Positions 9,701-18,789 of a stretch of 64,000 nt of DNA are shown piece after piece; position 1 is the stretch's first letter, and every line of letters starts with the position of its first letter. The DNA lies in assembly GCA_963674735.2 (NCBI GenBank), contig CAXXQS010000001.1, positions 2,464,001 to 2,528,000 on the forward strand, in the 5' to 3' direction. The translations under genes were made by a program, and so were the position numbers. A model generated the notes under the pieces. That model saw nothing but the letters and a program-made list of their open reading frames with translations. It searched no databases and was not told where the DNA came from. Origin of the DNA: Myxococcota bacterium. Lineage in GTDB: Bacteria; Myxococcota_A; SURF-8.

Positions 9701-9913
9701 CGGCAAAAAATACACCCGATCGGCCATGCCTTCGCTGGTTTGGATGGTCGCGATGTTGGGATTCACCAACACCGTGTGGATGCCTTCCTCGCGCATGGCT
9801 TTGATGGCTTGGGAGCCGGAATAATCGAACTCTCCGGCCTCGCCGATCTTGAGGGCGCCGGAGCCGAGAATTAAAACTTTACTAGGCTTGTGAGGTAGAA
9901 AATTTCCAAACAT
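6701..9913 (-). CDS. carB: Carbamoyl-phosphate synthase large subunit
   Basis: GEFDYSG, NPNIATIQT, GVHTGES, EVNARLSRSS, duplicated ATP-grasp and C-terminal MGS domain; 1070 aa. Confidence 0.98.
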   Translation of the reverse strand: MFGNFLPHKPSKVLILGSGALKIGEAGEFDYSGSQAIKAMREEGIHTVLVNPNIATIQTSEGMADRVYFLPVTPDMVERVIVKEKVDAILLSFGGQTALNCGVALFKSGVFEKYQVRVLGTPVQSILETEDRALFIDVLNEINIKTARSVACNGPKQAREAVKILGYPLILRGAFSLGGKGSAIVRDDEDLEAVLPKAFAGIPQVLVEEYLEGWKEIEYEVVRDVRDNCVTVCNMENMDPLGVHTGESIVVAPSQTLDNRDYHFLRELSIKAIRRIGIIGECNIQFALCPQTGDYRVIEVNARLSRSSALASKATGYPLAYIAAKLALGYTLVDLANVITRRTAAFFEPALDYLVLKIPRWDLEKFQRVRQQLSSEMKSVGEVMAIGRSFEEVLQKALRMLQIGVEGLAFEPMEYGRLDDKTLRDKIAVPSPKRVFAVMEGFRRGFSVEEIAELSFITPWFLQKVQNLALIEKAMQAAQWPYDKSLLNKAKQGGFSDRQIARSAKTDDMTVRAYRKEQGIVPRVKQIDTLAAEYPAETNYLYFTYHGIDDDVTATVRQKMVVLGSGAYRIGSSVEFDWCCVNAVNTCRELGYETILLNHNPETVSTDYDVCDRLYFDEISLETVLDLWEKESPQGLIVSVGGQVPNNMAMKLAQNGVTIMGTSAANIDRAEDRHKFSQLCDDLGVDQPLWAEMTDIDNLQDVAKRIGFPVLVRPSYVLSGAAMCVAYDESQLDNYLKKATSVSPEYPVVMSKYEVDSKEIEIDAVADAGELVAYAVSEHVEKAGVHSGDATLMLPPQKIYLRTFRKIKQIAAKIAKELEITGPFNIQFLARNNMVKVIECNLRASRSFPFVSKVTKENFIRVATERMLGKKRPVKVDSIDLDYLGVKASQFSFSRLTGADPTLGVEMASTGEVACFGRDTEEALLKSLLSTGFRYPKTGVLVSIGRERDKLDFVDGLNLLLKLGLPLYATAGTYAFLKERDIPVEMLYKERDQKSPSCTEYLTNGKIDLVINIPKEYSAEENQDGYAIRRTAVDMGIPLFTNLQLAELVVLSLVRTQGTELEVLAWDEYR

Positions 9914-9916
9914 GAC

Positions 9917-11017
9917 TTACCTATACTGCGCCAGGATGCGCGCGAAATCGTCGAACAGGTATTCGGTATCCACGGGGCCCGGGGCCGCTTCGGGATGGAA
10001 CTGAACCGAGAAGAAGGGCCGCGACCGATGCCGGATGCCCTCGTTGGTGCCGTCGTTGATGTTGACAAACCAGGTGTCCCAGTCGCTCGGGATGGTTTCG
10101 TCGTTGACGGCGTAGCCGTGGTTCTGGCTGGTAATGACGCAACGGCGCGAAACCAGATCCTGACACGGCTGATTCTGCGAACGATGGCCGTATTTCAATT
10201 TGTAGGTATCGGCTCCGGCCGCCAGCGACAGCACCTGGTTACCCAGGCAAATGCCGAAAATCGGTTTATCACCGGCCAGCAAGGCCTTGACCTGATGCAC
10301 CAGCGGCTGAACGTTTTTCGGGTCGCCCGGACCGTTGGACAGCAGCACGCCGTTGTAGTCTTGCTCCACCGCCAGCAGATTGGTACTCCAGGGAACCCGG
10401 TGCACCGTGATGCCGCGTTTGAGCAGATGGCGGATGATATTGAGTTTCACGCCGCAATCGACCACCAAGACGCTCAGATCGCCCGCCGGATACGTCACGA
10501 TTTCCCGGCACGAAACCTCGGGAACCACTTGATCCTCGGGAAGCGTGGTTTTGGCGGGAACGGTTTCATCAACATCCGCCGCCACGATGGTCCCGCGCAT
10601 GGTGCCGTATTCGCGTAGTTTTCGTGTCAGGGCGCGCGTGTCGATGCCCTCTATGCCCGGAACTCCCGCCTCCGCCATCCAGTTTTGCAAACTGCTCGAT
10701 GCCGTGCAGTGACTGTAGCCGGGGGACGCCTCGGAGACTACCAACCCCAGCACCTTGAGTCCGTCCGACTCATACGGGCCATTGATGGGATCTTCGGGAT
10801 CGGGAGCCGGAACTCCGTAATTCCCGATCAGGGGGGATGTCATCACTAAAATCTGGTTCGTGTAGGAGCAATCGCTGAAAGACTCCACATAACCGGTCAT
10901 CCCGGTATTGAAGACGACCTCTCCACACACGTCCCGGTCGGCTCCAAAGCCGACGCCGTGAAAGACACTTCCGTCTTCCAGAACTAATTTCCTCGGTTTC
11001 CCAGTCAGCGGGGTCAC
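9917..11017 (-). CDS. carA: Carbamoyl-phosphate synthase small subunit
   Basis: LVLEDG, GEVVFNTGMTGY, SNGPGDP, GICLG, SQNHG and QFHPE. Start placed at GTG 11017 behind GAGGGAG. Confidence 0.96.
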   Translation of the reverse strand: MTPLTGKPRKLVLEDGSVFHGVGFGADRDVCGEVVFNTGMTGYVESFSDCSYTNQILVMTSPLIGNYGVPAPDPEDPINGPYESDGLKVLGLVVSEASPGYSHCTASSSLQNWMAEAGVPGIEGIDTRALTRKLREYGTMRGTIVAADVDETVPAKTTLPEDQVVPEVSCREIVTYPAGDLSVLVVDCGVKLNIIRHLLKRGITVHRVPWSTNLLAVEQDYNGVLLSNGPGDPKNVQPLVHQVKALLAGDKPIFGICLGNQVLSLAAGADTYKLKYGHRSQNQPCQDLVSRRCVITSQNHGYAVNDETIPSDWDTWFVNINDGTNEGIRHRSRPFFSVQFHPEAAPGPVDTEYLFDDFARILAQYR

Positions 11018-11192
11018 GTCGTTGTCTCCCTCTCGTCTACTTGTCGATAGAGGTGGGCGCACCCACCATTGTGATCGGGGCCTATGGGTACCACAGCCGG
11101 AACGCTTGGGCAAGCACAAAGCACAGCCAGCTATCGTTTCTGTCAGAACGACACGACCGTGCCTGCGTGACAGCCCCCCTAATCGAGGGTTA

Positions 11193-13172
11193 TCACACGC
11201 TTTCCGATTTATCAAGCTCGGGATGCTGAAAAGGCTCGGGAGTCGGTTTTCCGATGAGACGAAGCGTAATCGCCAACACCCCCAAAGCCAAAAGATAGGA
11301 AACCGGCGGTGGCAACCAACCCGCGAGGCCATATCCCAAAGCGACGGCCACCAACCCAACCACGACGGCATAGGGAAGTTGCGTGCGGACATGGTCGATA
11401 TGATCGCAGCCCGCGGAAATCGACGACATGATGGTCGTATCCGACAGGGGCGAACAGTGGTCGCCGAAAATCGAGCCATCCAACACGGCTCCCACGCTGA
11501 TGATCATGAGGGGCAAGCCGCCGACATGGTACGCCAGCGGAACAGCCGCAGGCAAAAGCACGGCCATGGCCCCCCAACTCGATCCGGTTGCGAAACTGAT
11601 GGCGGCGCCGAGAAGAAAAATCAGCACCGGCACCCAAAACGGCGAAAGCGTGCTTCCAAGAGCGGCCACGAGGTAGGCTCCGGTCCCCAATTCGCCATTG
11701 AGATCGCCGATCGCCCAAGCCAGAATCAAGACGGAAAAAGCCAGCAATAACACACGCCAAGAGGACAGCCAGGCCAACACCAGACGTCCGAACGGTGCAC
11801 GTCCGGCTGCTACGCCTCCGATAAGCGCGACCCCCGTCCCTAAAAGAGACGCCATGGCCAACACCCAGGCCCCATCCTGACAGGCAATCAGGTAGTTGCC
11901 CTCCAGTTGCACCAACCGTCCCCAATCGAACGTGGTCCAGGCCGCCGTATTAACGTACCAAGGCCCCAGTAGACCCGCGCCGTTGGCGGCCATGCCGACC
12001 AACACCGCCCCGATCACCGTCAACACCGGCAGAAGTGCGTTGAGCGCCAAAGGCCGCCCCAGGATTTCGGGTCGTTTGGCCCCCGATAACGGTTGAGCGC
12101 CGGGACGCAGCAGTTGACCGGTTGTAGCCGCCCGTATCTGTGCGGTATACATCGGGCCGAACTCACGACGCATGATGATGGTCAACCACACAAACACCAG
12201 CGCCAGAATGCAATAAAAGCGGAAAGGCAAAGCTTGGATGAAAAGCGCATAGGCCGATTCGGTCATTTTCAGTTCCCGCATGGCATCGCCGATCAGGCTG
12301 ACTTCATAGCCGATCCAAGTGGAAATCAAAGCCAGACCGGCCACCGGAGCGGTGGTGCTGTCGACCAGATAAGCCAGTTTTTCACGCGAGATACGCGCCC
12401 GGTCGGCCAGTGGACGCATGGAACCGCCGACCACCACCGTGTTGGAATAGTCGTCGAAAAAGACGGCCAACCCCAGAAGCACCGTCGCCGCCTGGGTGGA
12501 ACGCGCCGAGCGGGCCAGCCGTCCCAAGGCGTCGGCCAAACCCTGCATCCCACCGCTGGCCACCGCCACATTGACGATACCGATCAAGGAAAAGGTGAAC
12601 AAAAAGATATATAGGCGAAAGTCGTCCACCATCACCATCGCCAGTCGCCCAATACCGCCCGCGCTTGCCCCCTTGACCACGCCCCACAAGCTTGGATCAC
12701 CGGACGCCAAAGCCGCCCCGAGCGCCACACCGGCCAAAAGCGAGACGATCAAACGCCGCGTCGCCATAGCCAAAGTCACCGCCAAAAGAGCCGGAAGCAA
12801 GGAAGTCCAGTGAATCCGTACAGTTGAAGCCGTAACGGGCTTGATTTCCGGCCCCTGGAGTTCCGCCGTCAATCGCCAGCCATCCCGGCTCAGTAAAAGG
12901 GTACAGTCCGAATGTAGTGGATCACCCGCTCCCAACGGGCCTCGCGCAGCAAAGGCCGAGGCCATCGGTAAAAAAACCCGCCCGTGTGCCTCCTGCTTGC
13001 ACAGATAACGGCCGATAGAGCCTGAAGCGGCCGCGGCTTGGCTCAATGCGTCATACAAACGGTCCGCATCGGCTTTGCCCCGACTTGTTTCATCGACCGG
13101 CAGCATCGCCAGAACGAGAATCACCCCCAATCCCACCAGCAGAGCCCACACCGCCCGAATTTTAAAGCTCAT
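11193..13172 (-). CDS. Na+/H+ antiporter NhaC-family protein with N-terminal extracytoplasmic domain
   Basis: FFDDYSN, REKLAYLVDST, ATGSSWG, GDHCSPLSDTT and HVRTQLPY. Confidence 0.9.
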   Translation of the reverse strand: MSFKIRAVWALLVGLGVILVLAMLPVDETSRGKADADRLYDALSQAAAASGSIGRYLCKQEAHGRVFLPMASAFAARGPLGAGDPLHSDCTLLLSRDGWRLTAELQGPEIKPVTASTVRIHWTSLLPALLAVTLAMATRRLIVSLLAGVALGAALASGDPSLWGVVKGASAGGIGRLAMVMVDDFRLYIFLFTFSLIGIVNVAVASGGMQGLADALGRLARSARSTQAATVLLGLAVFFDDYSNTVVVGGSMRPLADRARISREKLAYLVDSTTAPVAGLALISTWIGYEVSLIGDAMRELKMTESAYALFIQALPFRFYCILALVFVWLTIIMRREFGPMYTAQIRAATTGQLLRPGAQPLSGAKRPEILGRPLALNALLPVLTVIGAVLVGMAANGAGLLGPWYVNTAAWTTFDWGRLVQLEGNYLIACQDGAWVLAMASLLGTGVALIGGVAAGRAPFGRLVLAWLSSWRVLLLAFSVLILAWAIGDLNGELGTGAYLVAALGSTLSPFWVPVLIFLLGAAISFATGSSWGAMAVLLPAAVPLAYHVGGLPLMIISVGAVLDGSIFGDHCSPLSDTTIMSSISAGCDHIDHVRTQLPYAVVVGLVAVALGYGLAGWLPPPVSYLLALGVLAITLRLIGKPTPEPFQHPELDKSESV

Positions 13173-13393
13173 CCCGTCCTCCTTACCGTCGGCGATGCCG
13201 CATCTTACCTAAGCATGGACGAAAACTCAACTTTATCCATTCGCCCTATCCGAATGAATCCGTAACATCATAGACGTCCCCACACGAAAAGAGGTTGTCA
13301 ATGTTGCGCGGATATGTTAGATTAAAGGTGGAAAGACTATCGTCCCGAGTTGCTTGAAAGCTTGAAATTTTGTTCAGAAAAAGACCTTTTTGC

Positions 13394-13422
13394 TTGACAG
13401 TCAGGTAACAGGGCTTTAACAT
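13394..13422 (+). promoter_or_regulatory. Sigma70-type promoter TTGACA-N17-TAACAT
   Basis: Consensus -35, 17-bp spacer, near-consensus -10; about 150 bp upstream of the ATG at 13574. Confidence 0.6.
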
Positions 13423-13573
13423 CCTCAGTTGAAGTTTGTTCAAATTGCCACGCCACGGCATGAATTACCAAACAGGACGCCACATTGTGTTTTATTAGGG
13501 AGTTGTAGTTACAATTTTGTTATTCTGAATTGGGTCAACCCCTACAACGAAGAAAGAGGAAAAGGAGCTGAAA

Positions 13574-14620
13574 ATGTCGAAGAAATTTCTGTTGATTCTC
13601 ATGATGCTGCTGATGTCATTCGTATTGGTAGCCAATGGCTGCACGAGCGATGAAGAAGGTAGCAGCGACGGCGACGATGCCGATGGCGACGATCCCGACG
13701 GCGACGATCCCGACGGCGACGATCCCGACGGTGACGACGTGGGTTGCGCGGGTGCCTGCAACCCGGCCAGTGACGTATCCTTCTGCGTCGTGAACGACGT
13801 GTGTGTCTGCGAAGGAAACTGGACGCCTTACACCTGCGACCAGATCTGCGCCATGACCAACCAGGTCTCGGCGGGCTGTGGTCCCAACGACCTCGGCGTG
13901 CAGTACTGCATCTGCCAGGATCCGGCTGACGGCGATGATCCCGACGGCGACGATCCCGACGGCGACGATCCCGACGGCGACGATCCTGACGGCGACGACC
14001 CCGACGGCGACGATCCTCTGCCTTGCGAAGGTGCCTGCACCTACGGCGAAGATCTGCCCTTCTGCTCCACCGACACCAACCTGTGCTGGTGCGACGAGAC
14101 CGGCAACACCTACGGCATCGTCGACTGCGACCAGACCTGCCAGACCGAATACGGCGAAGCCGGCGTTTGCGACTATGACGACAGCGTCGAATACGATCGT
14201 TGCCTTTGCGGCAGCATCGGTGACCAACAGTGCCAGAGCGATGCCGACTGCGAAGCCCTGGGCAGCGACTACTGCGTTGGCGATTACGACGATCAGGGCA
14301 ACCAGATCACGATCTGCATGGACGCCTGCGACATCGTTTCCTGCGATCCCGGCACCGACGCGATCCCCTGCATCGATTATGGCAACCCGGGCCAGCCCTT
14401 CGGCGTCTGCTTCGACGATGAAGGCCCCGATTGCCCCACCCCGAACGACTTCTGCGGCGGCGATGAAAACCACATCTGCATGGCCTTCCAGAGCGGCGAC
14501 CAGATCTGCATGGAACTGTGCGATCCGGCTCCGAACACCTGCGGCGCCGATGCCCTGTGCATCCCGCTGAGCAACAGCTCCACCGGCGAACTGGTCGGCG
14601 GCGGCTGCCTCGAACTGTAA
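13574..14620 (+). CDS. Cys-rich acidic lipoprotein with DGDDP linkers and two 10-Cys modules
   Basis: AAGGAG RBS, lipobox ANGC, strongly C-ending codons, own terminator. Confidence 0.85.
   Translation: MSKKFLLILMMLLMSFVLVANGCTSDEEGSSDGDDADGDDPDGDDPDGDDPDGDDVGCAGACNPASDVSFCVVNDVCVCEGNWTPYTCDQICAMTNQVSAGCGPNDLGVQYCICQDPADGDDPDGDDPDGDDPDGDDPDGDDPDGDDPLPCEGACTYGEDLPFCSTDTNLCWCDETGNTYGIVDCDQTCQTEYGEAGVCDYDDSVEYDRCLCGSIGDQQCQSDADCEALGSDYCVGDYDDQGNQITICMDACDIVSCDPGTDAIPCIDYGNPGQPFGVCFDDEGPDCPTPNDFCGGDENHICMAFQSGDQICMELCDPAPNTCGADALCIPLSNSSTGELVGGGCLEL
13667..13738 (+). repeat. 15-bp coding tandem repeat (gacggcgacgatccc) x5, encoding DGDDP
   Basis: Read directly from the sequence. Confidence 0.95.
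13928..14017 (+). repeat. 15-bp coding tandem repeat x6, encoding DGDDP
   Basis: Read directly from the sequence. Confidence 0.95.
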
Positions 14621-14636
14621 TCGCATCTCGACTGAT

Positions 14637-14664
14637 AAAAGGGAGGCTTCGGCCTCCCTTTTTT
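14637..14664 (+). terminator. Intrinsic terminator
   Basis: aaaagggaggc-ttcg-gcctcccttttt: perfect stem, UUCG loop, U tract. Confidence 0.9.
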
Positions 14665-14793
14665 ACATTTATGCTGCACGCGCGATCTCTTCTTCCTTCT
14701 TTCAACGTTCGCCTCGCTTGACACCTTTTGCATTCCCCAGTACCATAAGCATGACTCGTCGGGAAATAGAGGCCATCGGAGAAGGAGTAGCAA

Positions 14794-16017
14794 ATGAGCC
14801 GGGCGTGCGTCTTTTTTTATTCCTGTGTCATGCTTTTAGCAACAATGCTCCTGGCCTGTTCATCATCCGGAGGCATCACCTTCACCTCAACCGACTGCCA
14901 AGGCGATAGCGGGTGTTCGGACGGCAAAATCTGCCTCAACGGCCGTTGCACCGTCCCCAGCACGCCCGATGGAGATGCCGAGGATGAATCCGACAGCGAA
15001 GCTCCCAGCATACCGCCCATTATCGAGAATCCTTGTGTCGGCCAATGCGACATCATAAGCGAAACCGCCTTTTGTATGAGCGACGACATCTGCCTATGCG
15101 AAGGAACCTGGAACTACTATACCTGCGACGAAATCTGCGACTATCTGGGCGGCCAGTCACTTGGCTGCGGCGCTTCATCCGATGGCCAGCCTTTTTGCAT
15201 CTGCGACGGTAGCGACGGCGACATCGATCCGCAACCCTGCATCGGAGACTGCAACCCCGGCGATTCTCCTTACTGCCTTCAGGATGACCTCTTATGCCGC
15301 TGCGACACGAATTCCGCCAGTTGGGAAACGGTATCCTGCATCGCCGAGTGCGGCGCCGCCGGTTATGCGGATGTCGGATATTGCGGTTTTAACGCTCTTG
15401 ATGGCGATCAGGCCTGCCTCTGCGAAACTTACATACCCGACTGCGACGGCCCCTGCAATGAGTTGGACATCAGTTTCTGCAGTACCGGCCGTGAGTTATG
15501 CTGGTGCGACTCCTACCTGGAATGGTGGACGCTGCTTGATTGTGAACAGATCTGCCTGGAAGCGGGCTTCGCCCCACCGGCCGAATGCGGTTACAGCAGC
15601 GACGCGGGCCACGAAGTCTGCTTCTGTTCGTCACCGGGCTTCGATCCGTGTGAAAACGCCCACTGCGACGCGAATGAAATCTGCTTTGAAGGTCGCTGTC
15701 TCACGAACTGTGATCTGATTTTCTGCGATGCGCCACAAAACCAGGAAGCTTGTGTCGGCTTCGACATCGGTTCACAACTATATGGCGGCTGCATGACCGC
15801 GGATGCTCCTCTATGCGATCAACCTTTCACCCCCTGCGGAGAGCGGAACCAGAAACTTTGCATCGGTCACTTCAGCGACAATACCAGTCGTTGCCTGGAT
15901 GGGTGCCCGCCAATCGCAAACACCTGTCCCAACGGGTTGACTTGCCTGCCCTTCGAAACCTCGGCTGGGCTTGTCGAGGGAGGCTGCGATCTGATAGCAG
16001 GCTGGGAGCTTCCATGA
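14794..16017 (+). CDS. Cys-rich lipoprotein, paralog of 13574..14620, with three 10-Cys modules
   Basis: AAGGAG RBS, lipobox LLAC. Shares CEG.W..YTCD.IC and the C-terminal P..NTC...C.P.......GGC domain with the upstream gene. Confidence 0.85.
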   Translation: MSRACVFFYSCVMLLATMLLACSSSGGITFTSTDCQGDSGCSDGKICLNGRCTVPSTPDGDAEDESDSEAPSIPPIIENPCVGQCDIISETAFCMSDDICLCEGTWNYYTCDEICDYLGGQSLGCGASSDGQPFCICDGSDGDIDPQPCIGDCNPGDSPYCLQDDLLCRCDTNSASWETVSCIAECGAAGYADVGYCGFNALDGDQACLCETYIPDCDGPCNELDISFCSTGRELCWCDSYLEWWTLLDCEQICLEAGFAPPAECGYSSDAGHEVCFCSSPGFDPCENAHCDANEICFEGRCLTNCDLIFCDAPQNQEACVGFDIGSQLYGGCMTADAPLCDQPFTPCGERNQKLCIGHFSDNTSRCLDGCPPIANTCPNGLTCLPFETSAGLVEGGCDLIAGWELP

Positions 16018-16078
16018 CCTCAGCCTTCATCCGTACCCACCACGCGGACTCGATAAATCTTGTTCCGGAGTCCGGGTC

Positions 16079-16915
16079 ATGACTCCACGGGTACTGATCG
16101 GGCTGGCTTACGGACTTCTCGCCACATTACTGGCTTGCGGGCTGTTCAACTTGAGTTCCTTCCATTGGTTGCCGCTTTCCATCACGATTGTTCTCATCGC
16201 CGGCGTCTGGGCCATCGTGGGATTGGCACTTGTTCTGTATCGCATCAGCAAGCACCTGAAGCGCCATGACGAACGACTCGCTGCTGCCGTCCACGAGCTA
16301 CGCGGTCCTCTCCAACGCCTGCGTCTGGCCCAGGCCCGTTTGACGCGCAACCCGGCCACGCATGATGAAGCCCTAATCGAAATCTCGCGTGATATCGACA
16401 TTTTGGATGAAACCCTCCGGCGTTTTGCCGAGCTCGTTCAGCTTGAACGTAAAACCCTGCAGCCACGTGAAACTCCCATCGGTCCATTGCTCGACGATCT
16501 GCTGCTACGCCATCGCATCACCGCAGAAGAACAGGGTTTGACCCTCAGCTTGGCGCCGCTTCCCTCTTTGGCACAGCGTCGCACCGATCCCGACCTGTTA
16601 ACCCGCCTACTCGACCAGTTGCTCTCCAATGCCTGCGCCTACACTCCACCGGGTGGTCGGGTCGATATCCAAGCCGAGGAGCGTGGCGGACGCCTGATCT
16701 TAACGATACGTGACACCGGCCCCGGTATCCCGGAAAACGAACAGGGGCACATCTTCGATGCCTTCGTGCGTGGCCATGACGCCCGCTTGATGGAAGCATC
16801 GGGGATGGGGTTGGGCCTGGCTTTCGCGCGTCGGGCTGCCCTGGCGCTGGGTGCCCGCTTACGCCTGCGAAACCGCACCCAAGGTGGACTCGAAGCCAGC
16901 CTCAGCCTGCCTTGA
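16079..16915 (+). CDS. Small membrane sensor histidine kinase (orphan)
   Basis: Two TM helices, H-box HELRGPL, LLSNA, DTGPG and GMGLGL. Confidence 0.85.
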   Translation: MTPRVLIGLAYGLLATLLACGLFNLSSFHWLPLSITIVLIAGVWAIVGLALVLYRISKHLKRHDERLAAAVHELRGPLQRLRLAQARLTRNPATHDEALIEISRDIDILDETLRRFAELVQLERKTLQPRETPIGPLLDDLLLRHRITAEEQGLTLSLAPLPSLAQRRTDPDLLTRLLDQLLSNACAYTPPGGRVDIQAEERGGRLILTIRDTGPGIPENEQGHIFDAFVRGHDARLMEASGMGLGLAFARRAALALGARLRLRNRTQGGLEASLSLP

Positions 16916-16961
16916 TCCATTCGGGATACTTCTAGAAAACAACGCCTTTTCGCTTAAATCG

Positions 16962-16989
16962 CTTGCATTTCAGCAAAAGATGCCTATCT
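16962..16989 (+). promoter_or_regulatory. RpoH (sigma32)-like promoter CTTG-N17-CCTATCT
   Basis: Matches the heat-shock promoter pattern, 40 bp upstream of the zinc-ribbon gene. Confidence 0.45.
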
Positions 16990-17028
16990 TTGGAGGGTTG
17001 AGATTGGAGCTAACTGCAGAGGTTGAGT

Positions 17029-17424
17029 ATGCCTATTTACGAGTATCAATGTGAAAAATGCGGTGAGATCACGGAAGTTATGCAACGCATCACCGAAGAT
17101 CCCCTCACCGACTGCGCCTGTGGCGGCAAAGGAACCCTTCATCGTCTGATTTCGCTGACATCCTTCCGCCTCAAGGGAACCGGTTGGTACGAAACCGACT
17201 TCAAAGGCAAAGGAAACGGCAAAAGCGAATCCCACGCACCCAAAGCCGCCACCGCACCGGTCGAACACGACGCCTCCGGCGAATCGTCGCCATCCACTTC
17301 GGAATCGTCCACAAACGAAAGTGGCACGGGATCCGAAAAGGCAACCCCGACCGAAACGAAAAGCTCCGATAGCACGAAAGATTCCGCCAGCGGTAAAGCC
17401 AAAGCGGCTTCTCCCAACATCTGA
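17029..17424 (+). CDS. FmdB-family zinc-ribbon protein with Ser/Thr-rich tail
   Basis: MPIYEYQCEKCG...CACG...FRLKGTGWYETDF signature. Confidence 0.92.
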   Translation: MPIYEYQCEKCGEITEVMQRITEDPLTDCACGGKGTLHRLISLTSFRLKGTGWYETDFKGKGNGKSESHAPKAATAPVEHDASGESSPSTSESSTNESGTGSEKATPTETKSSDSTKDSASGKAKAASPNI

Positions 17425-17444
17425 AAATACTATCCTAAAAAGCC

Positions 17445-17478
17445 AACGCCCCCATGCTTGAATTGCCGGGGGCGTTTT
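17445..17478. terminator. Bidirectional terminator
   Basis: aacgccccc...gggggcgtt-tt between the convergent fmdB-family gene and dnaJ. Confidence 0.6.
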
Positions 17479-17526
17479 CGATTATAAAGCAATCGGCCGC
17501 AGCCGTTCACAAAGCTTGAGTAAACC

Positions 17527-18684
17527 TTACTCCACGCTGAAGAATTCTTTGACTTTATCAAGAAAACTCGTGTTATCCGGCATGCTTACCTTGCCACGCT
17601 TGCAGCACGACTCATCGAATTTGCGAATCAGCTCTTTCTGATCCTTGGTAAGATTTTTGGGAACCTCTACCTGGACACGCACCAACTGATCGCCCTTCCC
17701 AATACTTCCAAGATGCTGAATTCCTTTATTTTTCATTCGAAATATATCGCCCGGCTGCGTACCGGCCGGTATTTTCAATCCGGCCTTGCCCTCCAAGGTA
17801 GGAACCTCCAACGTATCCCCAATCGCGGCGACTCCGAAACTGATCGGCATATCCAACACCACATCGTCATCGTGCCGCTTGAAGATTTTGTGTTCCTTCA
17901 CCAGTGTGACCACATACAAATCTCCCGCAGGTCCACCGCTCGAACCGCTTTCACCCTCGGCCTGTAAACGCAAGCGCTGGCCATGATCGATTCCAGCGGG
18001 CAGAGTGACGGTCAGGTTACGCGTTTTCTTGATGCGCCCCTGCCCACGACAACTGGAGCAAGGATCGGAGATAACCTGGCCACGCCCCCCACAAGCGGGG
18101 CAAGTACGGGCGATCATGAAGAACCCTTGCTGGACGCGAACCTGGCCGCTACCATGGCATTGTCCGCAGGCCGTCGGGGACGATCCGGGTTTGGCACCCG
18201 TTCCCTTGCAGGTTTCACAGCTCTCCATACGCGGAACTTCTATGACTTTTTCGCAGCCAAGCGCCGCTTCCTCGAACTCGACTTCCAGGTCATATCGCAG
18301 ATCGCGCCCACGCTGTGCATGAGTCCGCTGGCTGAAACCACCACCACCGAAAAAATCACCAAAGATGTCACCAAAAATGTCCATAAACGAGGAACTGTTT
18401 GAAAAACGGCTGAAATCGAAATCGAACCCGCCATACCCTCGGCTTTTTCCCATATCATGGCCGAACTGGTCGTAAAGCTTACGCTTTTCAGGATCAGACA
18501 GGGCTTCATAAGCCTCGGCCGCCTCCTTGAATTTTTCCTCGGCCCCGGAATCACCCTGATTTCGATCGGGATGGAATTTGACCGCCCGCTTGCGGAAGGC
18601 TTTCTTGATCTCGTCCGCTGAAGCCTCGCGTGCGACGCCCAACACTTCGTAGTAATCTCGTTTTTGCGCTGGCGACAAAACCAC
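17527..18684 (-). CDS. dnaJ: Chaperone DnaJ
   Basis: J domain with HPD, G/F region, four CxxCxGxG repeats. Confidence 0.98.
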   Translation of the reverse strand: MVLSPAQKRDYYEVLGVAREASADEIKKAFRKRAVKFHPDRNQGDSGAEEKFKEAAEAYEALSDPEKRKLYDQFGHDMGKSRGYGGFDFDFSRFSNSSSFMDIFGDIFGDFFGGGGFSQRTHAQRGRDLRYDLEVEFEEAALGCEKVIEVPRMESCETCKGTGAKPGSSPTACGQCHGSGQVRVQQGFFMIARTCPACGGRGQVISDPCSSCRGQGRIKKTRNLTVTLPAGIDHGQRLRLQAEGESGSSGGPAGDLYVVTLVKEHKIFKRHDDDVVLDMPISFGVAAIGDTLEVPTLEGKAGLKIPAGTQPGDIFRMKNKGIQHLGSIGKGDQLVRVQVEVPKNLTKDQKELIRKFDESCCKRGKVSMPDNTSFLDKVKEFFSVE

Positions 18685-18789
18685 TCCTTTACATATTCTT
18701 TTTCATATCAGCAACTTAGCAAGGAAACAATCTGAGGTCTAACTCATGATAAACCGCCACGCTTTTGCATCGCGCAACGGGTTACTCTA

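Noticed and set aside
11018-11479. Apparent 150-aa N-terminal extension of CarA, and a small hairpin (ggtggg-tgcg-cccacc) in its leader
   Set aside because: The extension overlaps nhaC and homology begins at the GTG with an RBS. The hairpin lacks a U tract or PyrR-type motif.
13667-14017. 15-bp tandem repeats as a possible CRISPR array
   Set aside because: No unique spacers, the repeats are in frame (DGDDP) with synonymous variation, and no cas genes are present.
13616-14626. 336-aa minus-strand ORF with VAVGI repeats
   Set aside because: Antisense shadow of the Cys/Asp-rich lipoprotein, which has the RBS, lipobox and terminator.
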